From Bryobacterales bacterium (GTDB lineage Bacteria > Acidobacteriota > Terriglobia > Bryobacterales > Bryobacteraceae): DNA of 64,000 bases. Where the stretch lies: positions 354,292 to 418,291 of the forward strand of contig CAVRLR010000001.1 of assembly GCA_963722155.1 (NCBI GenBank), in the 5' to 3' direction. Below, in pieces: positions 28,812 through 36,208 of this stretch (position 1 is the first letter of the stretch; every line of letters starts with the position of its first letter). Below the pieces are notes generated by a model. That model searched no databases and had not been told where the DNA came from. It saw nothing but the letters and a program-made list of their open reading frames with translations. The position numbers and the translations under genes are program-made.

Positions 28812-30056
28812 TTAGCTGAAATGTGTTGCGACCTGGATCGCCGTTTCCAATTCCGGATCTCTACCTTGTTCAGCGGCATCCGGGAAAAAGCCGACGGGAA
28901 TATCTGGCTGTATTCCAATTCCCTCAATGTGCATGCCGTTCCAGGTCTGCCAGGTGGTGACGGGAATGCGGAGGCGATATCCCTCGCCGACGGTAAAGTT
29001 CGCACCACCCATCACTTCACCTGCAGTGGTCGTTCCAACGAGCGTTGCGAGATGGTTCTCCTGTGCAAATGCTGCCACCATTTCGGCTGCTGAATGCGTG
29101 TGTTCGTTGATCAGCATTACTATGCGACCGTGGAACGGACGCGGCCCGAGACCTTCGGTCTCCAGCATGACTGACCGATCTCTATGGATGAATCTGAACC
29201 GCACGAACATTGCGAGTTGCCTAAGCTTTGATTCGGGCAGTTGGCCGATTCTAGGCAGGTTTTCCGGTTTTGTGCGCTTCTGAATATGACATTTGGTCAG
29301 ACTGTAGCCGATCGGTCGGCGGTCTGCGCAGAGATAGCTCATTAAGCGCAGGGATGCCAGGCCGCCGCCAATATTACCCCGTAAATCGATAATCAGGCGG
29401 TCGCGGTCCTCGCCAGTAAGCCGACCGATGATACTGTCCAGTTCCTTTGCGAACGGCAGTCCAACCGCCCCAGGAAATGTGCTGACTTTGATCAGTGGCA
29501 CTTGCCCGTTTTCAATTCTGAAAGACAGTGCTTTGGGCTCGATCATCGGGGGGCGATCCTTTGCTGGCTTGTTGGGTACGGTCACCGTGACAGTTCTCGT
29601 CTCCGGGTCGCCTAGGTTGCCAATCGTCAGAGAGTATTCACCGCCAAAACCGAATAGGGGGCGGTCAGAGCAAGAAATGTCTGCGCCGTCTTTTGAGATG
29701 AGCACGTCGCCCGGTCTAATTCCTGCCAGCTCGGCTGGTCCGTCTTCAATCACATCCTGAAAGACCCATCGCTCACCATCCGCAGTCGCGTGCCTCCTTG
29801 TCGTTGCGCAAAGAGCATGGCGCAGTGGAATGGTTTCCGCGTCCGGCTTTAAGAAAGCCGTATGGCTAGTCTGAAGACTTGCCAAAGATGAGTGGATCGC
29901 TGCCTGAAAATCAACCGGCGATGCGGCAAGCAGCTCGGGCGCTATACGATCGAACTTCGAAAGCCATTCTGCATAGGAATCTGGTTCGACGTTCACGTGT
30001 TTCGTAGCGATAAGGGTCTTGATTGTGTTGAGGGTTTTTTGTCTGTCGGCAATCAT
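28812..30056 (-). CDS. S41 family peptidase with a PDZ-like domain
   Basis: GIRPGDVLISKDG (PDZ-like), LIIDLRGNIGGG and MLINEHTHSAAEMVAAF (S41 Ser context). The start lies 6 nt after the stop of the CHAT fragment. Confidence 0.85.
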   Translation of the reverse strand: MIADRQKTLNTIKTLIATKHVNVEPDSYAEWLSKFDRIAPELLAASPVDFQAAIHSSLASLQTSHTAFLKPDAETIPLRHALCATTRRHATADGERWVFQDVIEDGPAELAGIRPGDVLISKDGADISCSDRPLFGFGGEYSLTIGNLGDPETRTVTVTVPNKPAKDRPPMIEPKALSFRIENGQVPLIKVSTFPGAVGLPFAKELDSIIGRLTGEDRDRLIIDLRGNIGGGLASLRLMSYLCADRRPIGYSLTKCHIQKRTKPENLPRIGQLPESKLRQLAMFVRFRFIHRDRSVMLETEGLGPRPFHGRIVMLINEHTHSAAEMVAAFAQENHLATLVGTTTAGEVMGGANFTVGEGYRLRIPVTTWQTWNGMHIEGIGIQPDIPVGFFPDAAEQGRDPELETAIQVATHFS

Positions 30057-30062
30057 GATTGT

Positions 30063-30543
30063 TTAGGATCCGAGGGGAACCACATAGTTATCCGCACCTT
30101 CAAGCGTGTAGGCCGCCCACCGATAGGGAACTGCTTGGGGCCCGAATGTTTTCAACAGCTCTAACTTTGCGTTTCGAAGCGCAACACTTGCCGTCTGGCC
30201 ACCTGCGATTCCGGTGTAGAACTGGGCCATCAGAAAGCGGGAGAACGTATCATCGATCGTCCACAGCGTGCTGACTACGGTTCGCGCACCAGCCAGCAAA
30301 AAGGCTCGGGACACAGTGGCGATGCCTTCCTGTCCCTCTAGCCTGCCGACCGCAGTTTCGCATGCAGACAGCACGACAATATTGGCGCGCACAGGAAGCG
30401 TAAGTACTTCTGCCGAGTCCAGCATGCCATCTGTCCCACTCCTTTTGTCATCGAGCAGGAAAAGTGCCGCGTGGTCAGGATTCTTTGAATCGGCAAGCGC
30501 GTGAACGGCGAGATGAACAATGCTGTGCCTTTCTCGGATCGAT
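30063..30543 (-). pseudogene. C-terminal fragment of a CHAT-domain protease, cut by the IS6 element
   Basis: My minus-strand translation reads SIRERHSIVHLAVHALADS...IVVLSACETAVG...TVVSTLWTIDD...YRWAAYTLEG. The frame runs straight into the IS terminal repeat at 30544. Confidence 0.75.
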
Positions 30544-31358
30544 GGTAGTGTCGCAAAGAGCTAGGCAGGCATTGGTAAGGTAGGCCGAGTGCGAAAGAGG
30601 CGGCCACAAGTATTCCGAGGACGACACTTCCAGGACGAGGTCATCGTGCTGTGTGTGCGGTGGTATCTGCGGTATTCGCTCAGCTATCGTGATCTGGAAG
30701 AGGTGATGGGCGAACGTGGTTTGAACGTTGATCATTCCACGATCGCCCGCTGGGTCTTGCGGTATGCTCCGATCCTGAACGAACGGATCCGGCGCCATAT
30801 CCGGTATCCGAATCGGTCCTGGCGAGTCGACGAAACATACGTGCGCGTTTCCGGCAACTGGACCTATTTATATAGAGCGCTTGATTCGGAAGGCAACACC
30901 ATCGATTTCATGCTGTCGCCCTACCGAGATCGAATGGCAGCCAAGCACTTCCTGCAGCTCGCTTTATCGCGTGTCGGACACCGTCGGCCACGCGTCATCA
31001 ATGTGGATGGTCACCCGGCTTATCCTTCGGTGGTCGCGGAACTGAGGCAAGCAGGCGAACTCAGTCCCTCTTGCCGTTGCCGGCCGTCTTTGTACATGAA
31101 CAATGTCATCGAGCAAGATCATCGCTTCATCAAGAAGCGAATCGTTGCTAGCCAAGGGTTCCGTTCGGTAGAAGGCGCAGCAAACACAATCCTAGGCTAC
31201 GAGGCCATGCACATGATTCGCAAGGGACAGATCCGGTGGTTAAAGAAGGGCGATGTTGCCGGCCAGATCGATTTTGTGAATCGTGCGTTCGGCCTACCTG
31301 CATGATTTTCACAGGCCCACGCTTACTCGCATTGCTGGTGCGTATTTGCGACACTACC
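30544..31358 (+). mobile_element. IS6-family insertion sequence (815 bp)
   Basis: Perfect 14-bp terminal inverted repeats GGTAGTGTCGCAAA at 30544-30557, with the reverse complement at 31345-31358. They resemble the IS26 end GGCACTGTTGCAAA and enclose one transposase gene. Confidence 0.85.
30589..31305 (+). CDS. IS6-family DDE transposase
   Basis: 238 aa. FRGRHFQDEVIVLCVRWYLRYSLSYRDLEEVMGERGLNVDHSTIARWV...WRVDETYVRV...YLYRALD...NNVIEQDHRFIKKR is colinear with IS26 Tnp26. Confidence 0.9.
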   Translation: MRKRRPQVFRGRHFQDEVIVLCVRWYLRYSLSYRDLEEVMGERGLNVDHSTIARWVLRYAPILNERIRRHIRYPNRSWRVDETYVRVSGNWTYLYRALDSEGNTIDFMLSPYRDRMAAKHFLQLALSRVGHRRPRVINVDGHPAYPSVVAELRQAGELSPSCRCRPSLYMNNVIEQDHRFIKKRIVASQGFRSVEGAANTILGYEAMHMIRKGQIRWLKKGDVAGQIDFVNRAFGLPA

Positions 31359-31659
31359 CATCGAACGTGGCAAGAAGAAGGGTTTAATAACCGCCCGGCC
31401 CGGCGCGAAGCGATCCGTTCAGTTGTACTGGCACGAACAGCAGGCGGGAACTGATTCGGAATGATTCAGTTCGCCGCTGAGTTCAAAGGTTCGCTGGTCG
31501 AGCGGCGAACAGAAGTAATTGAAAAAAGGCATATTACGTATGTTCGCCAGCTCGCCACACCCTTTAGGGTGGCGAAGCGGCGAGCTCGTAATGCTTGATC
31601 AGCGAAGATGCGAAAGCGGGCGACCCTCTGAAGAATGTTTTTAGTAATGCTCGGCCTCT

Positions 31660-32511
31660 TCAGGGTATCGGCTTGCTGAGACGCTTCAAATACTCATTCG
31701 CGTCTGCGTTGTTCACAGTCAAATTCTTAAAGAGATACTCGAATTCGAATCGGGCACTCTGGAAGTCCTCCAGGCACTGCTCATCCGATTTTCCATGTAT
31801 TCCTGCGCTCGCGACGGCGTATAGCTTGTTAAGCGGATTGTGGCCACCGGGACGTAGATGCGGCGGCAAAATCTTCGATGCATACTCGATTTTGGTGTCC
31901 ACATGATGGCTTTCTTTTATTTCAGAAATTCTCGCCAGCTCTTCCGTTTCGAAAGCAGCCAATTTTGCGGCCTCTGCTATCAGGTCTAGCATAAGATTCA
32001 GTTTGTTTTCGATTACCCGGCGAAGATACGCGAGAGCGCCGATGCCAAATGCGTAGTTCCCGTTAATTAGAGCTTTCTTGTAAAGCGCTGCGTCTTCCTC
32101 TCCTAGTGCTTTGGAAAGTTCTGCTGGTGGTTCGATCGAAAGAGCCGGGTACTGTCCAACTTTGCAAAACTTGGAACGAAAATTGATCTTATCTTCAGTC
32201 CACAGAAGCCAGTAAACGGCGACCCGCCCTCGACAGTTTCGGCAAGTGTATCGTGCCTCGTGAAACTGGTGCGCGAAGTATTTTTCGGGTTTGTCGGTTG
32301 CCCACAGAGTTTCTTGTTGGCAGTCATCGCTAGCGCAGTACATTCTTATGACAGTGGGCAATTGCCCATAGCGTGCGTGAGTCTGCGAACCTGACGCCGT
32401 GTAGTTTACATCCGTTCCGTCGTAGACAAGATTCTTATACAGCGAACCACTCACCAACATTTGTGCGAGCGTCTCCGTAAGCTGGACGCCCGTTAGCTTC
32501 TTGGCAGCCAT
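31660..32511 (-). CDS. hypothetical protein: Cys-rich N-terminal half, DUF4145-like helical C-terminal half
   Basis: 283 aa in a visibly AT-richer stretch. It has CASDDC...CRNCRG, then YKKALINGNYAFGIGALAYLRRVIENKLN, which resembles DUF4145. Confidence 0.45.
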   Translation of the reverse strand: MAAKKLTGVQLTETLAQMLVSGSLYKNLVYDGTDVNYTASGSQTHARYGQLPTVIRMYCASDDCQQETLWATDKPEKYFAHQFHEARYTCRNCRGRVAVYWLLWTEDKINFRSKFCKVGQYPALSIEPPAELSKALGEEDAALYKKALINGNYAFGIGALAYLRRVIENKLNLMLDLIAEAAKLAAFETEELARISEIKESHHVDTKIEYASKILPPHLRPGGHNPLNKLYAVASAGIHGKSDEQCLEDFQSARFEFEYLFKNLTVNNADANEYLKRLSKPIP

Positions 32512-32951
32512 TTCGTTGGCAATTATCTCAGAGCAAACAAATGTCGGATCCTATGCCCACGTTCGTAATGCACGTCTGTGCTCGGTTAGGTAGGGGATAT
32601 TGATTCTCTGGCCCCAAAAGCTTCCTTCACCGGAGCCTAGGTCCATACGCGCAGCCGCGAAATGAGATTTTAGGATTCAATATTGTATCCAGATTCTCCC
32701 ACGCTCTTCACGTACACGCTACAGCGAGACCACGGCCAAATATTTTCGAAGAATCTTACACGCTTACCTCCCGATGCCTTCCATAGCGGCTATGGAACAG
32801 ATCCCGGCTAAACAAATAATTGACAATTTGATTCACTTCGACTGACGAGCCGCGCGGTAGCCCGCGCACTCGATTAAGCGAAGCCGGGGCAAACGAGCGG
32901 AGCCGGGCAAACCACTCCAAGTCGGCGCATTTCACGTTAAGGATTTTTGTC

Positions 32952-34067
32952 ATGTCTGACATCTCAACTCTGCACGGCGACCTGAAAAGTTTCATCAGTC
33001 GTCAAGACCAAAAACAAGCCGCAATGGAGCGTCGTTTAGACGGCCTCGATGTGCAACTTGCCGAGAAACACACCGGCAGCGCGCCTTTCAGTCTCGAAAC
33101 TAAGCTCCGAGAAAACCAAGAAATTTCGCGTCTGCTATACGATAAGAAGGGCCGCGCGATCTTGTCGCTGCCTGCATCCGCCATCGCGAGCAAGACGGCA
33201 ATCACGGCTACCGCCGCTGGGTCCATGACCTCTGGCGTAATGGCTATTGATCGTTCTTCTGGCATCATTGCTGAAGCGCGCCAAGCATTGACGCTTCGCA
33301 ACGTTCTCAGCGCGAGAGAAACCAATCTCGGCGTGGTTGACTACGTAAAAGTATCCACACCGATGGTTAATGCCAGTCCTCAAGTTGAGGCATCGGCGAT
33401 TCTCGAAAATTCGGCAACATTCACTACGGTGAGCGAGAAAGTGCGCACGCTATCAACCTTTGTGCCTTCGACTCGCCAGATTCTTGACGACCTCAGCGAA
33501 TTGTCTGGTTTCATCAATACCTCTCTCGCCTATCGCGTGGGACTCGCAGAGGAACTTGAAATTCTGTCTGGTGATGGCACCGGTGAGCATTACAATGGGC
33601 TCCTGACCCAGGCTGCTGACTTTGACACGTCGCTGCTCAGCGCCAGTACCGGATGGAGCCGGATCGATATCGTCGGCAAGGCAATCCAGCAAGTTACTAG
33701 CTCTAACGAGCTAGCGCCAACATTTGTGGTTGTTAACCACGCTGATTGGTGGTCTATGAGGCTTCAGAAAGACGGCTTTGGTAAGTTCCTGCTGGGCGAT
33801 CCTCAATCAAACGTGGCCCCATACTTATTTGGACTCAACGTCGTTCCGACCTCCAGTATTACTGAAGGAACGTTCCTGCTTGGCTCTGGCAACGCTGGTG
33901 CGGCGGAGATTCGGGATCGAAGTGAGATCCAGATTGAACTCTCGACCGAACATTCTGACTACTTTATTCGCGGGCTTGTAGCGGTTCTCGCTATCAAACG
34001 CGGTTGTCTCGTGGTCAAACGCCCGAACAGCTTTGTCACGGGTTCATTTAGTTCTAGCCCGGCCTAG
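32952..34067 (+). CDS. HK97-family phage major capsid protein
   Basis: 371 aa with a coiled-coil delta-like N-terminus. The HK97 signature LAEELEILSGDGTGEHYNGLLTQA is present. Confidence 0.85.
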   Translation: MSDISTLHGDLKSFISRQDQKQAAMERRLDGLDVQLAEKHTGSAPFSLETKLRENQEISRLLYDKKGRAILSLPASAIASKTAITATAAGSMTSGVMAIDRSSGIIAEARQALTLRNVLSARETNLGVVDYVKVSTPMVNASPQVEASAILENSATFTTVSEKVRTLSTFVPSTRQILDDLSELSGFINTSLAYRVGLAEELEILSGDGTGEHYNGLLTQAADFDTSLLSASTGWSRIDIVGKAIQQVTSSNELAPTFVVVNHADWWSMRLQKDGFGKFLLGDPQSNVAPYLFGLNVVPTSSITEGTFLLGSGNAGAAEIRDRSEIQIELSTEHSDYFIRGLVAVLAIKRGCLVVKRPNSFVTGSFSSSPA

Positions 34068-34213
34068 TTCGATATTGATCAGCGGGGTTGCCGGTAGCTT
34101 CTCCGCTGATCAGAGCAGAATGGCCGCTTATTCTTTCACGGCTGTTCTGTTCGCGGTATAGAGGGTCTGCAAGTTCCCAGGCCCTCTAGCCTAAGCCCTT
34201 AAAGAATCAATCC

Positions 34214-34507
34214 ATGGGAGATAAAGCAATGACCGGCACGATTGAATTTTGGAATCACAAAAGAGGATTCGGCTTCATCAAGCCATTGGTCGGACTCGGC
34301 AAAGACTGTGAGCAGGTGTTCGCACATTTATCAAGTTTTGTCCATAAACTAGGCGAGGATCCGCAGCCAGTACCGCAAGGCTCCGAAGTGACTTTCGAAT
34401 TAGTCCGACGCTCGGACGGGCGTTTTCAGGCAGCTCGAGTCAAGCCGGTGGTGTTGGGGGCGGAGACTGATTGCGGCGACGTTAACCGGTACGCGCGCTC
34501 TCAGTAA
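34214..34507 (+). CDS. cold-shock-domain protein
   Basis: GTIEFWNHKRGFGFIKP carries the RNP1-like motif. An alternative start is the ATG at 34229. Confidence 0.8.
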   Translation: MGDKAMTGTIEFWNHKRGFGFIKPLVGLGKDCEQVFAHLSSFVHKLGEDPQPVPQGSEVTFELVRRSDGRFQAARVKPVVLGAETDCGDVNRYARSQ

Positions 34508-34615
34508 ACCAGGGAGGGCGATGCGAGCCGTAATTAGAGAAAAATTACAGAAGGCTGCCACGCCAACACATGCTGAGGCCATCAACGTTTTGACTGGCGA
34601 CGCAGTCCTTATCTG

Positions 34616-34795
34616 ATGCCTGTAACGGCTCAGTGCTTACCTTTGGTCAGATCGCAAAAAGGCTTCAGATCTCTTTCGCATGAGCTTGTCCGACGAACGT
34701 TTCGCCGAGAGCCGGGCGTTCTGCGCATCGGTTCAACCTATCGCGTGCCCGTCAGTGTGTACGAACGCGTGATTACGCGATCCCTTGTCGCCTGA
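34616..34795 (+). pseudogene. possible frameshifted excisionase (HTH_17-type) remnant
   Basis: The 59-codon frame ends ...SHELVRRTFRREPGVLRIGSTYRVPVSVYERVI. The expected first helix (VLTFGQIAKRLQIS) lies in a different frame just upstream (34633-34675). Too short to appear in the ORF track. Confidence 0.3.
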
Positions 34796-36062
34796 GACTC
34801 TCATCATAAAGCCGCTCTGCTGTGACGTGGGTTTCCCGAATAGCGTGGCTGTAGTGCTTCTCAGTGGTGGTGATGCTGCGGTGCCCGAGCCAACGGCTTA
34901 CGACCTTAATATCGACGCCAGCATTCAGATGGCTAATGGCAAATGTGTGGCGGAACGTGTGCGGCGACGATGAATGCTCAAATTTTCCCGGCTTCTGCGC
35001 CAGCTTTAGGAGTCGGGTTACGCGATCACGCCAATTCGTGATAGCAGTCTTGAGTTCACCGTTGCAAGACCAAAACCAGTAGCTCTTACCGTCGCAGCGG
35101 CCCTTTATCTGCAACGCTCGCAGTTGCGCGACGAGACTGGATGGCACAGGAACACGTACCCACTCATTTGTCTTGATCTGGAATGCTTCAATCGCCCAGC
35201 CATCGCCACTGTGACGCTTGACGATTTGTTTCTCGTGCAGCATAGTTACATCGGAAATTCGCAGGCCGGTAAATCGCATAACGCGAGAGAACGCGGCTAG
35301 CTCCACTGAGTTGTACTGTCCAGTACGTCCGCGACCATCGTCCACTTCGGACAGCGCGGCCCAGATTCGCTTCTCCTCATCAGGCGCGAAGCCGAATTTC
35401 TTCTGAGTCGAGGTCGATGCCTTGATCTTCTCCGCATGATTCGCCTTCATCCAGCCGCGATCAACGCAGTACCGGAGAAAGTAACGCAGCCGTTCGATTT
35501 CCGCTCTACGCGTGGATGTCGCCAGCGGCACCTTCACATCTGCCAGACCCTTCTTGTTGTGGTGCGGGTTCAAATTGCGGAAGCTCTCCGTCAGTTTGGT
35601 GATCGTGTCCAAGCTGTCAAGCTGGCCGATGCGCGTAAAGCCGCGATGTTGGATGAACGGCTTTATCCTTTGGTCGAGCAGAATGGAAAATTTGCGGATC
35701 GTGGACGGCTCCACGTTGTTACCATCCGGTCCTATCGAAGCCATGAAACTTTCAATCACGTAATCGATAGTCGGATCGTCAGGCGTAACCGTAGCAGGTG
35801 GAATGGTCGAGTCCCACAGCATCCACTTGTTCGCGATGTCCTGGGCGAGCTTCCAGTCGTTTGCTCCGGTTGCTTTATTGGTGAGGTAGTCACCCCCTGG
35901 CAACGAACCCTCGACGTTTATCGTGCAATCAACCTCGGCACGATCTGCCTTTATCTGCGGAGCGTAAACACGCTGTTCCTTGGGTACCGGCGAAGGCAAG
36001 ACTGCCGATGTCGCCGGTACAGTTTGAGAGCCATCTGGCTCAATGATACAACCTGCATGCAA
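34773..36062 (-). CDS. tyrosine recombinase / phage-type integrase
   Basis: 429 aa. MRFTGLRISD, HTFRHTFAISHL and TTEKHYSH are present. The start codon lies 48 nt from the 3' end of tRNA-Sec. Confidence 0.85.
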   Translation of the reverse strand: MHAGCIIEPDGSQTVPATSAVLPSPVPKEQRVYAPQIKADRAEVDCTINVEGSLPGGDYLTNKATGANDWKLAQDIANKWMLWDSTIPPATVTPDDPTIDYVIESFMASIGPDGNNVEPSTIRKFSILLDQRIKPFIQHRGFTRIGQLDSLDTITKLTESFRNLNPHHNKKGLADVKVPLATSTRRAEIERLRYFLRYCVDRGWMKANHAEKIKASTSTQKKFGFAPDEEKRIWAALSEVDDGRGRTGQYNSVELAAFSRVMRFTGLRISDVTMLHEKQIVKRHSGDGWAIEAFQIKTNEWVRVPVPSSLVAQLRALQIKGRCDGKSYWFWSCNGELKTAITNWRDRVTRLLKLAQKPGKFEHSSSPHTFRHTFAISHLNAGVDIKVVSRWLGHRSITTTEKHYSHAIRETHVTAERLYDESLRRQGIA

Positions 36063-36110
36063 CCTGGAGCGCGGCCCAGCAGCTTATACCTGTATTGATT
36101 AGAAGATATG

Positions 36111-36208
36111 TGGCGGAAGCTAATGGGAGTCGAACCCACCCGTGACACGCAAAGGTGCCGCACTCCGGTTTTGAAGACCGGGCCCTGCACCGGCAGAGTC
36201 TAGCTTCC
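36111..36208 (-). tRNA. selC: tRNA-Sec (selenocysteine, anticodon UCA)
   Basis: 98 nt, folded by hand. It has an 8-bp acceptor stem GGAAGCTA / TAGCTTCC, discriminator G and CCA. The D stem is 6 bp (CTCTGC / GCAGGG) with a 4-nt loop. The anticodon loop is CTTCAAA, and there is a long variable arm and a 5-bp T stem. The ends match E. coli selC (GGAAG...CUUCCGCCA). Confidence 0.9.

Noticed and set aside
31419-31532. 37-codon Cys-rich minus-strand ORF (MPFFNYFCSPLDQRTFELSGELNHSESVPACCSCQYN), considered as a RiPP-type precursor
   Set aside because: It is in the same frame as the CHAT fragment on both sides of the IS6 element and fits the region upstream of a CHAT catalytic His. It is most simply a piece of the CHAT pseudogene ending at a nonsense codon. 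No modification enzymes lie nearby.
35436-36098. 220-aa plus-strand ORF
   Set aside because: Antisense shadow of the integrase at 34773-36062.
26800-36110. Second copies (attR) of the 3' ends of tRNA-Ala or tRNA-Sec inside the island
   Set aside because: I found none by eye beyond trivial 8-mers such as TTCGAACC at 27473. A computational repeat search is needed before saying they are absent.
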